Shown: positions 43,056 to 54,545, counted from the first letter of the stretch. The stretch is 64,000 nt of DNA from Octopus vulgaris (GCA_951406725.2 OX597817.1:77562001-77626000), one strand, 5' to 3'. Program-made: numbers and translations. Notes: generated by a model not told the origin, from the letters alone.

Positions 43056-43100
<45 letters not shown>
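42935..43100 (+). mobile_element. Probable 3' end of a retroposon with a (TAA)n tail
   Basis: About 120 bp of complex sequence ending ctctctcactc then (AAT)n, itself inserted next to an (AAT)n tract. Confidence 0.45.
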
Positions 43101-43103
<3 letters not shown>

Positions 43104-43435
43104 GCGAAACAGAATAGAAGGAAAGACGGAAGGAAGGCAAAAAGGAAAGAAGGAAAAGTGCGTGAAATTTGGGGTATAAGGTTTTTTTACTTCCAATGTT
43201 ATTGATATAATGTAAAGGTATTGGAACCAGAACTGGAGACGGACGTACGCTGTGCGGTTATAGCACCAAATGCGTTAGTTAGAGAGAAAATAGATGAATT
43301 AAGAGTGTGACTGGATAGAAAGTGTGTGTGTGTGTGTGTGAGATGAAAGTGTTCGAGCGGGAGAAAGTTTGACAGGGTTGAGTGTTTTGTGCGCATATGA
43401 TTGTGTATTTGTATGTGTATATGTATACAGAGAAC

Positions 43436-43666
43436 GCGGCGAGCTTGGCAGAATCGTTAGCACGCCGGGCGAAATGCTTATTGGTATTTCGTCTGCCGTT
43501 AACGTTCTGAGTTCAAATTCCGCCGAGATCGACTTTATCTTTCATCCTTTCGGGGTCGATAAATTAAGTACCAGTTACGCACTGGGGTCGATATAATCGA
43601 CTTAATCCGTTTGTCTGCCCATGTTTGTGCCCTCTGTGTTTAGCCCTTTGTGAGCAATAAAGAAAC
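43436..43666 (+). mobile_element. Family B SINE, full length
   Basis: Reverse-complement match to 31697-31935. Confidence 0.9.
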
Positions 43667-43806
43667 ATATATGTATACAGAGAGAGAGGGGAGGAGAAAG
43701 GGAGAATGGTGAGAGTGAGGTGAGAGAGAGGGAAAGACGCTAGAGAGAGAGAGAGAGAGAGAGGGGGGTGGAGAGAGAAAAGGGGAAGAGAAAGAGAGAG
43801 TGAGGC

Positions 43807-43866
<60 letters not shown>

Positions 43867-43926
43867 CAAAACTGTGGGCGATAGGAAGTTCGGCAGAGTG
43901 GAGCTTGTAATGTGATGTGTGTGTGT

Positions 43927-43971
<45 letters not shown>

Positions 43972-44280
43972 AGTAAGGAAATGATTGTAAAAACAAAAAA
44001 AAGAGACCTGGGAGAGAGGGTGTTTGGAATAGAGAGTGGGAGAGAGATTGAGGGAGTATAATATAAATATAGAGAGTGGTTGTGGTAGAAAGACATGGAA
44101 GGGGAAGGTTAGTAATGAGAATGATAGAAAGGGAGAGCGGGAGTGACGAGAAAGTGAAAGTGCAAGTAAAAATGTGTGTATATGTGAGTGAGTGAGTGCG
44201 AATAGGAGTTTGAAATAGAAGAGAAATAAAAGAAAGAGAAAAGGGCAGATGGATAAATAGATGGATAGATGGATGGATGG

Positions 44281-44312
<32 letters not shown>

Positions 44313-44482
44313 GGGGGAGGGAGATAGTTAGATAGACAGACAGACAGATAGGTAGATAGATAGGTACATAAATAGATAGATGAATAAATAGATAGACAGA
44401 TAGATAAATAGAGTGATAGATAGATAAATAAATAGATAGACTGATAGATAGATAATTAGATAGATAAATAGATAGATAGATT

Positions 44483-44536
<54 letters not shown>

Positions 44537-44929
44537 CAGATTGATAGATAGTTAAGCAAACAGATAGACAGAACGATCACACACACACACACACGCACAC
44601 ACATATATATGTATGTATATATATATACATATATATATATATACATATACATATATCTATATTTGTATGTACATACATACATATACACACACACACAGAT
44701 ATACATACATATATATACAGTAAGCGATAGGGGTAGAGGGTAAGAGGAAGAGGTTGAAAATAACACCCGCTCTTTGGTGGTGATAGTGTTTGTCGAGTAG
44801 CATTGTTGTTTAGCCCCAAACCAAGGTTGATCGAATAAACAAATCCATGATGGAAAGGTCGCTCCAGCTCTGGCCATCTCGTACTTCTTTTTAACGCGAA
44901 TCTAAAGATTATACATTTATATATTTTAT

Positions 44930-45328
44930 TCCTTTACTTATTGCGGTCATTTGACTGCAGCCATGCTGGAGCACCGCCTTAAAGGGCTTTTAAGTCGATG
45001 AAATCGACTCGAGGACTTATTCTTTGCAAGCCTAGTACTTATTCCATTATATATATTTTTGCCGAACCGCTATGTTTCGGGGTCGTAAACACACCAGCAT
45101 CAATTGTCAAGCGACGGTGGGGGTACAAAGACAGACACAAAGACACACATATAAATATATACATATATATACACGACGGGCTTCTTTCAGTTTCCGTTTA
45201 CCAAATCCTCTCACAAGGCTTTGGCCGGCCCGAGGCTATAATAGAAGACGCTTGACCAAGGTACCACGCAGTGGGACTAAACCCGGAACCATGTGGTTGG
45301 GAAGGAAGCTCCTTACCACACAGCCACC
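44930..45328 (-). mobile_element. Family A SINE, near full length
   Basis: Match to 13155-13651. Confidence 0.85.
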
Positions 45329-45498
45329 CCTAATCTAATCGGGTATGTTTGTCCCCTCACCGTGTTATGGAGACAATGGGTGTGTGGGTATGGGAGTAGA
45401 AATATGATTGTTGCTCCTTGCATGATGATGAAAATGATGATGAGGAGGATGACGGCAACGACTACGACGACCACGATAATCATGATGGTGGTGGTGGC

Positions 45499-45800
45499 CA
45501 TCGATGGCTTATATTCTATAAAAAACGAAGAGCTTAAGGAAAATAAACATATGTAATCACAAATCGTTGTTATCACTAGTTATACAAGCCAACGACTAGC
45601 TAGAAATGGTGGCTGATTCTGTATGAAATCGCTCCCTTAAAAAATGAGTGAAGAAAAGACATCGATGGCTTATGCTCCACAAAGAACGAAGGGCTTAAGG
45701 AAAATATACATGTATAACCACAAATCATTGTTACCACTAGTTATACTTGCTAGAAGTACCAATTGATTCCGTCTCAAATCGCACCCTTAAAGAATGAGTA
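45499..45800. repeat. Diverged tandem duplication with a 161-bp unit
   Basis: catcgatggcttat...gcttaaggaaaat...cactagttatac...cccttaaa.aatgagt starts at both 45499 and 45660. Confidence 0.85.
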
Positions 45801-46397
45801 ACCTATCAGACGATATTCTGGTACTTCAGTTATGATAGCACTGTTAGGTGATTGTGTTGGGTACTGGTACTTCACATGATGATTGTACCATTAATACGAC
45901 TGACCAGAGGTCGCTTCTTTGTTAGCCATGTTTAGACAAGCCAAAGACGTACTTACAAAATACTCTACGTTGGTGCTTGATCTACTAGAAATTGTAGTAA
46001 ACTGCCTCAAACACATCCTTAAATAAGGAAAGGACACATCAGACAATGCAGTCCTTGATAGCTCTGAAAATAGGAGGGTCATGGTTGGACTGTCTTTGAT
46101 CATAAGTTTGCTTGATCAGGGCTGGCCTAGGCTTAGATAACGAGAATAGCTGATTAGTGTTAGTAAGATTGGTGTCACAGATGCGTGCCATGTTACGATG
46201 GTGGAATTGTGACATGATGAGGTTCCTCTAGGATTGTACAAAATATTTGAATGCAAAATAAAGTAAATACGTTCAAGTTTTCCATGGAACAAATGACTGA
46301 AGATATATTTTTGTAAAGTCAACTGAATAAGGCCCTAATTTAATACTAGTGAATCCAGCGATCCGAGTTCGAGAATCGATAGAGCCTAGTTTAAAGA

Positions 46398-46828
46398 AGC
46401 GCAGGTGTGGCTGTGGTGTGGAAAGAAGTTTGCTTCCCAACCACATGCTCTCTGGTTCAGTCCCACAGCGTGGCACTTTGGTCAAGTGTCTTTTACTATA
46501 GCCTCGGGCCGACCAAAGCTTTGTCAGTGGATTTCGTAGACGGAAACTGAAAGAAGCTCATCGTGTATGTATATAGATTTGTGTGTGTGTGTGTGTATGT
46601 CTATCTTTGTGTCTATAGTTGTCCCCCCACCGCTTGACAACCGGTGTTGGCGTGTTTACGTCCCCGTAATATAGCAGTTCAGCAAAAGAGAAACTGACAG
46701 AATAATTACGGTTAAAAAAAAAGAAGAAAACTTGGGTCGATTCATGCGATTAAAAATTCTTCAAGGTGGTGCCCCAGCATGGCCACAGTCTAATGACTGA
46801 AACAAGTAAGAGATAAAAGATAAGAGAT
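46398..46828 (+). mobile_element. Family A SINE, full length
   Basis: All family A modules present. Confidence 0.9.
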
Positions 46829-46967
46829 TTATCAGAAGAAGTGAAAAAGTAAAGACAGCTCGGACGAGATTTGAAACCGGTAAGTTAAACATTGCAACTT
46901 ATTAAATATCGTGGTGCCATACTGACTCATTTTAAACAGACGTGGTTTTAAACTGTGGCAGAATCAT

Positions 46968-47185
46968 TTATCTTTTATCTTTCTTCAGTCAATTGACTGA
47001 GGTCATGCTGGGGCACCACCTTCAATGATTTTTGGTCGACGAAATTGACCCTAAGACTTATTTTTTAAAAGGCTTGTACTTATTCTATCGGTCTGTTTTG
47101 CCGAACTGCCAGATCACGGGCGACATAAACACAGCAACACTGGCTGTCAAGCGGTAGTTGGAGGGACAAACACGGATACAAGACA
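46968..47185 (-). mobile_element. Family A SINE 3' half
   Basis: catgctggggcaccacctt...gtacttattctatcggtct...gtcaagcggt. Confidence 0.75.
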
Positions 47186-47240
47186 CACAATGTACATATA
47201 TGTACATATATACACACGAATGTACATATATATATATATA

Positions 47241-47380
47241 AATATATTCTAGATGATTGATACAGAAGACAGAGTGTATATATCGTTCTCCATCCACTAG
47301 GGAGCAGTGCAGAATTATGCCGAGACGATCGTTTGTTTCCATTACACTCTATCTTCTGTATCAATCATTTAGAATGTATT
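47241..47380. mobile_element. Small MITE-like hairpin
   Basis: 38-bp inverted arms (47241-47278 / 47343-47380) with about 3 mismatches around a 64-bp core. Confidence 0.65.
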
Positions 47381-47589
47381 CAACGAGCATAGAGGAATTG
47401 CTAACGTAGATCCAACGACCAAATTTCATTTACCACGGATGACGTCTGTTAGCCGTAAGTAGCTAACGTGCCCTACCGGCACACCACTAGGGACATACCC
47501 AAAATAAGGTTTCGATGCTAAATTGTAAAATTTTATATCTAAACTTTAATTTCAATTATAACTTATATATGTATGTATGTCTCTCCTAT

Positions 47590-47806
47590 TTTATAATTAT
47601 TATAAATCTTCCACTGAGGAGGGAGCCAGTTTCCAACAAGGATACAAGGCTCCATCTTTGGGAGGATATAGTTAACACAGATAAATTCACATTTGGAACT
47701 TGAGAAAAGTCTTGCTTATTTTTACTGTTTCACTCACAGATTGGACTTGTAACGTACGAATCAGCCTGTCAATTTATCTGTCTGAAAATCCCAGTTTATC
47801 CAGATT
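47590..47806 (-). mobile_element. R4/Dong-type (RLE) non-LTR retrotransposon 3' end
   Basis: Minus strand NLDKLGFSDR*IDRLIRTLQVQSVSETVKISKTFLKFQM*, homologous to the C-terminus at 52.9 kb; 3' UTR gagcc...aggctcc hairpin and TAA tail. Confidence 0.7.
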
Positions 47807-48263
47807 CTCCGAAAAGATCCAAACGATATGCAGCCCATATGACATCAGGACTGCATTCAAAAGTAATACAACACTTCGCAAATATCTCCTTCGAGTAAAA
47901 CCATCAATAGAAGAGAATATGACTAAGAACTGCGTGTACTCCATCCCATGCAGTTGTGGTAGGTTATGCAAAGGCGAAACATGCCGCCCCCTCAAAATAA
48001 GGGAAGAGGAACATCGCAAAGCTGTGACACGGGGAGATATTGATAAATCGGGTATAGCTGATCATATATGGAAAAATGGAGATCACCTCCTCCAATGGGA
48101 TGGAGTTAAAATAATAGACAGATAACACCACGGGAAAATACGAAAACTAAAAGAAACAGCACATATGCTAGGAGACAACAACCTCCTAAGCAGACCGTGT
48201 GCAGATATGAACAGCATATGGGAACCGGTATTAAGGAAGAATAGGAGAATATCAGATTTATAA
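47803..48263 (+). pseudogene. Penelope-like element GIY-YIG endonuclease domain (5'-truncated, one in-frame stop)
   Basis: FSEKIQ...NCVYSIPCSCGRLCKGETCRPLKIREEEH...SGIADHIW...WDGVKIIDR*HHGKIRKLKETAH: VY-x-IPC-x-C, (Y)xGET, R..EH, H and E motifs of Penelope endonucleases. Confidence 0.9.
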
Positions 48264-48292
48264 GCCCTAAAATTCACTCTATGATTGCCCAC

Positions 48293-48354
48293 GGGCATAT
48301 GGCGTAGTGGTTAAGAGCGTGGGTTACTAACCCCAAGATTCCGAGTTCGATTCC
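48293..48354 (+). promoter_or_regulatory. tRNA-derived segment with Pol III A and B boxes
   Basis: TGGCGTAGTGG (48300-48310), anticodon-like arm ggg-ttactaa-ccc, GAGTTCGATTCC (48343-48354); no 3' acceptor strand, so not a tRNA gene. Confidence 0.7.
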
Positions 48355-48375
48355 TTTATAATAATAATAATAATG

Positions 48376-48412
<37 letters not shown>

Positions 48413-48459
48413 CAACAACAACAACAAACAAAAAATACCTTAGGAATGGGAACCCAAGA

Positions 48460-48497
48460 GGAAAAGGCTGGAGGGTATATCAGCCGAAACGTTGTGT
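48460..48497 (+). ncRNA. Degenerate hammerhead motif (stem II plus GAA plus palindromic stem III)
   Basis: ggctgg-agggtata-tcagcc-GAA-ACGT-T; the upstream CUGANGA is not intact in this copy. Confidence 0.45.
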
Positions 48498-48641
48498 AAA
48501 CAACAAATAAGATGAGGACAAATATCCGTCAATTGTAAATAACGTATCCAGATTCTCCTTTAAACAATTACTAACAAAACCTAGTGCTCCAATTATGAAT
48601 TCATAGTTTGGATATTGAAGGCGTGTGTGTGTGTGTGTGTA

Positions 48642-48840
48642 TGTAGGAGTGGCTGTGTGGTTAGTAGTTCGCTCACGAACCACATGGCACCTTGGGTAAG
48701 TGTCTTCTACTATAGCCATTGCTGGTGTGTTTACGTCCCCGTAACTTAGCGCTTCGGCAAAACAGACCGATAGAATAAGAACTAGGCTTACAAAGAATAA
48801 GTCTTGGCGCCGATTTGCTCGACTAAAGGCGGTGCTCCAG
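48642..48840 (+). mobile_element. Family A SINE with internal deletions
   Basis: Head, CORE-like segment and 3' half are juxtaposed. Confidence 0.8.
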
Positions 48841-48854
48841 TAATCCTTGTCCGG

Positions 48855-49012
48855 TACCGTTAATGCCAGTCATGAGGCCAAACATCCCTGAAAGTATCAT
48901 CCGAATCCATCCAGCGGTTCTTGAGATATTTTGTCCCCGAACAAACAAACAAAGAAACAAACAAACACGACTGAAAGCAATACTACCGCCTCCGTTAAGG
49001 CGGTGGTAATAA
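48855..49012 (-). mobile_element. Helentron/HINE (DINE-1-like) non-autonomous element end
   Basis: Minus strand TT-attaccaccgcctt-aacgg-aggcggtagta subterminal hairpin, (TTTG)n, then aaatatctcaagaaccgctggatggatt, the layout typical of HINEs. Confidence 0.6.
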
Positions 49013-49301
49013 ATTGAAAAAGAAAAAGAAAAAGAAAATTTAATTTCTCAGATAGGAACAACTGTAGTAAATTATGAGGATGAGTTTTGTCACTTCGAGG
49101 CAAAATTGATTCCCAGCGGGATTTGAATTGACACAGAGGAGTTTGTCTACGCTCTACCGCTTCTGCCAACTATGATGTACTACAAGGGTGCTGGACAAAG
49201 GGGTTACGTTACAAAGACTGGTTAGAAAAAGATGTGGACGTTTTGCACAGCATAACGAAAAACGTGAAGAGAAAAATAAACTACCGCATATACATATAGA
49301 T

Positions 49302-49364
<63 letters not shown>

Positions 49365-49376
<12 letters not shown>

Positions 49377-49866
49377 TCTAGTTGTGTGAGTGTCTGTCCC
49401 CTTCGATTTAGATTCCTAACTCCTCCCACATTTTGCGGTGCAGTTTAACCAAATTCGGGTATCTTATAGTCGTGATTCATATCGAGCCCGTCTGACTATT
49501 AACGCGCGTCAACGATGAGTCTACGATTTTAAAAATAATTTAACATCATTTTTTATTCCATTTTAATGCATAAAATGCATCGTATGTCGATGGCGGCGGA
49601 GTTGGCGTCCACGCTCACAGCTGCACCTGTTTGCTTCTCCCCCTTCCCTCCCTCGTGAAGCTGTGGGGAAGGGAGTGTAAAGAAATCAACGTCGTAATGC
49701 GTTGTGAAGGAAACCAGCGTTCTTTTAGAACAACGACTTCATGGCTTGAAGACACCAAAACAAAAATGGCTAAGAAAGCCCGAATTTATAAGAGAAGTAA
49801 CTCTCTAAAAATGCTTATATAGTTATTTCCCTTACAAACCCGAGCAACGCCGGGCGATACTGCTAG
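49365..49866 (+). mobile_element. Non-autonomous Helitron (tandem copy 1)
   Basis: 3' cccgagcaacgccggg hairpin plus CTAG; unique GC-rich internal segment at ~49575-49790. Confidence 0.8.
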
Positions 49867-50258
49867 TATATATATATAAATGTGAGGTGTGTGGTGTCTG
49901 TCTCCTACGATTTAGATTCCTAACTACTCCCACATTTTGCGGTGCAGTTTAACCAAAAGCGGGTATCTTATAGTCGTGATTCATATCGAGCCCTTCTGGG
50001 TATTAGCGCGCGTCTACGATGAGTCTACGATTTAAAAAAAAATTACCATAATTTTTTCCCATTTTTAATGCATTTTTGGCATCTATAAGGGAAGTAACTC
50101 TCTAAAAATGTATTATTAAATCTCAGAACGTAAAAAGCTACAGTAATACTCCCCTTTGTGGTTAGCCATATTGAGATGGTTATTATACTTTACATCTCTA
50201 AAAATGCTTATATAGTTATTTCCCTTACAAACCCGAGCAACGCCGGGCGATACTGCTA

Positions 50259-50259
<1 letters not shown>
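49867..50259 (+). mobile_element. Non-autonomous Helitron (tandem copy 2)
   Basis: Begins right after the CTAG of copy 1; identical 3' end. Confidence 0.8.
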
Positions 50260-50296
<37 letters not shown>

Positions 50297-50298
<2 letters not shown>

Positions 50299-50473
50299 CT
50301 TTACTACCCACAAGGGGCTAAACATAGAGGGGACAACAAGGACAGACAAAGGGATTAAGTCGATTACATCGACCCAGTGCGAAACTAGTACTTTATTTAT
50401 CGACCCAGAGAGGATGAAAGGCAAATTCGACCTCGGCGGAATTTGAACTCAGAACGTAACGACAGACGAAATA
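50297..50473 (-). mobile_element. Family B SINE, 5'-truncated
   Basis: Match to 31697-31935. Confidence 0.85.
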
Positions 50474-50484
50474 TATATACCGTT

Positions 50485-50690
50485 ATTACTTGTTTCAGTC
50501 ATTTGACTGCGGTCATGCTGCAGCACCGTCTTCAAGTGTTTTTGTCAAACAATTCGACCGCGGGACTTAGTTTTTAAGCATAGTACTTATTCCATCGGCC
50601 TCTGTGCCGAATCATTAAGTTACAGGGACGTAAACACACCAACACCGGTTGTAAAGCGATGATGGGTGGAGTGGCAAGCACAGACACAAA
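50485..50690 (-). mobile_element. Family A SINE 3' half
   Basis: cttgtttcagtcatttgactgcgg...gacgtaaacacaccaacaccggttgt. Confidence 0.8.
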
Positions 50691-50754
50691 CACACATACA
50701 CACACACACACACATATTACAAATGCCTCTAAATGTGACTAGGGTGTTAGGAAA

Positions 50755-51179
50755 CACCTACATTGCTAGAAATAAGAGCTAAACAACTCTAATGCTGTAG
50801 TTAACGTACATGTATGTAAACATATACACTAACAGGGACCATAATCGTCTGAAAAGTGCCAATCGAGAATTCTTAATACTGATGCGTCAGTTTCGGCAGT
50901 TTCCGTTGCCTCATATGTTAAAACAGCTCGATTGTTTCGGCTCTTTCCAGACTCGCTGAACCATTGCAAACTACTGTCTATATTAATTTCATATATACAC
51001 ATTACCGAATAGCTAAATCATCTAATTATTTAGATGACAAAAACAAAAATACTAATGGTGAAACGAGTCCGGAAAGAGCCGAACAATCGAGCGGTCTTAA
51101 CAGATGAAGCAACAGAAATTGCTGAAACTGACGCCTACGGCATTAGAACGGTTTAGCTCTTATTTCTAGCAATGTAGTG
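50755..51179. mobile_element. CACTA/EnSpm-like MITE with ~125-bp TIRs
   Basis: Termini cac(c)tacattgctagaaataagagctaaac / gtttagctcttatttctagcaatgtagtg; arms continue 50885-50965 vs 51054-51133; the left arm is interrupted by ~84 bp. Confidence 0.7.
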
Positions 51180-51238
51180 ACGTTTGTAATTCTCCTTTTC
51201 GGTGAAACATTGCAAACTGCTATTTATATTAATAATTA

Positions 51239-51279
<41 letters not shown>

Positions 51280-51284
51280 CGCAT

Positions 51285-51323
<39 letters not shown>

Positions 51324-51334
51324 CATACAAATAT

Positions 51335-51373
<39 letters not shown>

Positions 51374-51437
51374 CATACATATATATATATATATACTATA
51401 AATATATACATACTTATATATATATACATACATATAC

Positions 51438-51562
<125 letters not shown>

Positions 51563-52454
51563 TGTATGTATGTATGTATGTATGTATGTATTCTTATATT
51601 GTTATAAATTTGACTCGCAGTTGTTTCCGGTAGTCGTGATAGGTTCGTTATCGATAGGTTTACTCAATCTGGCCTCAGATCGGTGGAGAAAAGTCGAACA
51701 GCCTAAAGAATTGATGCTACTTTCGTCACTCATTTCTGGTTATATATGTAGCGTAGAATATATATATATAATTGAATCCCCCAAATATATACATAGCATA
51801 GAAATATGCAATAGAGTTCTCCCCACCACAAAAAGCAGGACTCACTGCCACCTAAGGCGGGTCAATGAACCCTACAGATGCACTAATCCTTGACGATCGA
51901 GTATAAGTACTTTCTACAGGCAGAAAGACTTGACCGGAAGAAGAAAATGTCTACTTTAAGCTTTCACTTTTCTATCATAGCTACCATGGCTACAAACCAG
52001 ACAGTTTAACACTGTCTGTCTTTCCCCGGTCATCGCGATGGAATCGGCCGGTAGCTGTATCATACAGAATTAAGTACATCGATTATAATCAATATGTGAT
52101 CGTCTATGTCTGCAGTTTGGTCAAACGAAGTGGTTACTTCATCTTTAATTAAAGTTATCGTTAACTGGTCGAAGTAATAACCAGCCTAAATTCTCGAGTA
52201 GACTATATTTTGATTTTTTCTTTAAACATTACATTTTGTACGTACGTACGTATGTATGTATGTATGTATGTATGTATGTATGTATGTATGTATGTATGTA
52301 TGTATGTATGTATGTATGTATTTATGTATGTATGTATGTATGATTGAATGTATGTATGTATGCATGTATGTATGTATATATTTATATGTAAGCATATATG
52401 CATGTATATAATGTATATAAACATATATGTATGTTAATGTTCAGTGTTATTAAT

Positions 52455-52605
52455 GCGGCGAGTTCAAATTCCGCCGAGGTTGAATTTGCCTTTCATACTT
52501 TCGTGTCGATGAAATAAGTTACAGTTACGTACTGGGGTCAGTGCAATCGACTTGCCCTCGCCCTGCAAAATTCCACGTCTCGTGCCTATAGTAAAAAGGT
52601 TTATT
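52455..52605 (+). mobile_element. Family B SINE variant with the alternative tail
   Basis: gagttcaaattccgccgagg...tactggggtc...cgtgcctatagtaaaaag. Confidence 0.75.
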
Positions 52606-52616
52606 CAATGTTATTT

Positions 52617-53190
52617 CAAAATTATTTGCCAGTAGAGAAAGAGCATATTTCTAATCTTGGTCTAAGGCTTCTTCATTGGAATGTCAACATCAACAGGGTA
52701 CTTTTGCATGTATGTATGTATGTATGTATGTATGTATGTATGTATGTATGTATGTATGTATGTATGTATGTATGTATGCATGTGTGCAGTATTTTCTCTT
52801 AATGCATATACAAGTTTGTATATTATGTTTTATGTATGTATTCTCATACATGTACTTGCATATCTAGACATGCGCATATATACTTAAATGATAAACTTCT
52901 GGAAAGTTTTACAAATTTTTACAATTTCATTGATGGCTTGGATCCATAGTTTTCGAATCAGCTTTCTCATTTCTGGTTTTCAGAAGCCTAATTTTTCAAG
53001 ATTGGTTCTTAGGTAGTGTCTTACATATTCCAGTGTCCCAATAATTACTGGTATAAACCTGAACTTGAAATCTGGTTAGAGTAACTAGATTTCTCAAATG
53101 TTCAGCGTAGGTATTTTCATTTTCGCTGATATTTAGTCTTACGTTAATATCTGCAGAGCAGTTGATTTCCGCTACAGTACACAGTTTCTC
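52617..53190 (-). mobile_element. R4/Dong-type non-LTR retrotransposon 3' end (restriction-like endonuclease C-terminus plus 3' UTR)
   Basis: Minus strand EKLCTVAEINCSADINV...ENENTYAEHLRNL/(frameshift)PDFKFRFIPVIIGTLEYV...NLEKLGF*...KICKTFQKFII; E..CP.D, K..KY and P.IIG.LG pattern of RLE domains. Confidence 0.75.
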
Positions 53191-53630
53191 TATCAGACAC
53201 GTACCATCAGTAATTACTCAGGGTAGGCAGCTGGTGACGTTTATGTCGTAAAACACATTAAAAAATAAGCAAAACACAGGCGCGACTGAGTTGAAGGCAG
53301 ATTTACTTCAGCCTTTATAGCACGTAAAGAAAACGGTGTTACAGGAGTGTACACAGTAGGTATACTACAGCAGTACTATGCATAGCTTAAACACTGAGAT
53401 TGAAAAGCAAGGGCGAGTTATGCCTACCTCATCTACAAAAATATTCTGCATTTTTTACATAGTAGTCAGACTAATTTTATTGAATTGGGTGCATATTTTG
53501 CCATGAGAAGAAAATCTGTTATCGATCTATTTTATTCAAGGTAGGCACTCCCTTACCTTGCCTACCTAGGTGTCATGTCCATCTGTCTCTATGTATGTAT
53601 GCATATATTTATGTATTTATATATGTATAT

Positions 53631-53933
53631 GTGGAGGCACATGGCCTAGTGGTTAGAGCAGCAGACTCGCGGTCGAGGGATCGCGGGTTCGAATCTCAGA
53701 TCGGGCGATGTGTGTGTTTATGAGCGAAACACCTAAGCACCACGTTCTCCGGCAGAAGGTAATGGCGAACTTCTGCTGACTCTTTCGCCACAACTTTCTC
53801 TCACTCTTTCCTCCTGCATCTTGCAGCTCACCTGCGACGGACCGGCGTCCCATCCACGTGGGGAATCTATACACCAAGGAAACCGGGAAACCGGCCCTTA
53901 TGAGCCATGCCTGGCTCGGGAAGGAACAAACAA
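53631..53933 (+). mobile_element. V-domain tRNA SINE (family C), full length
   Basis: tggcctagtggttagagcagcagactcgcg...gggttcgaatc head, cctgcgacggaccggcgtcccatcca, gaaaccgggaaaccgg. Confidence 0.85.
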
Positions 53934-53946
53934 TATATGTATGTAA

Positions 53947-54545
53947 AGGTATAGATCGGACATCTGGAAGCGTTCCATATCAGGTCACTCCAAAGTATAC
54001 CCGGTCTCTTGTGGAAAGACAAGGTACTTCATACCGAAATCCTCCTGGGGGCTGGGAACTACAGCGTTGTGGCCTGCACCCTTCGTTGTCTTCTCTGCTG
54101 GGTTGACCATGTGATTCTTTTGCCGGGTAATCGGCTCCCAAAAATGGTCCTCTTCAGCGAGATCAAAACTGAAAGTAGGCTTGATCGTCTCAAGTGGTTT
54201 CTCGCTTTATGCAGTTTTTTTCCCAATCGGTTGGAGACCCTGGCTGTTAATCGCAAGGCATGGACGTCCATCTGTGATGCTGGAGTTCTGTGCTTTAAAA
54301 CCGAGTGCAGGAAACTGCATGAGAAGACGAGGAGAGGAGGAGACGTCGCCATCAATCCTCTGTAGCTGCTGTTCGAGGTCACATTCAGTGTCCCTCAGTG
54401 TCACGGGACAGGACACGCCTGTCTCGTATCGGTCTTGTCAGCAACGTCCACTCCCATTACAAACAATAGGCTGGAGATGGAGGAGGATGAATGTTTTGGA
54501 TCGACACTGCCATCGTCTTTGATGGACCGCCATTAGCAAGTAAGG
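53947..54545 (+). mobile_element. RTE-clade LINE 3' end (decayed ORF C-terminus plus short UTR)
   Basis: HLEAFHIRSLQSIPGLLWKDKVLHTEIL...WVDHVILLPGNRLPKMVLFSE...LETLAVNRKAW, then a broken C2H2 finger (CPQC...SRIGLVS); typical post-RT region of RTE elements. Confidence 0.85.

Noticed and set aside
43564-44877. Longest ORF (437 aa)
   Set aside because: It runs through (TATC)n, (CT)n and a SINE tail; low-complexity artefact.
48293-48354. Possible tRNA gene
   Set aside because: No 3' acceptor strand and the T arm is cut off by (TAA)n; treated as a tRNA-derived promoter.
53219-53569. Possible MITE bounded by ggtaggca / tgcctacc
   Set aside because: The inverted match is only about 9-11 bp, with no clear TSD and a single copy.
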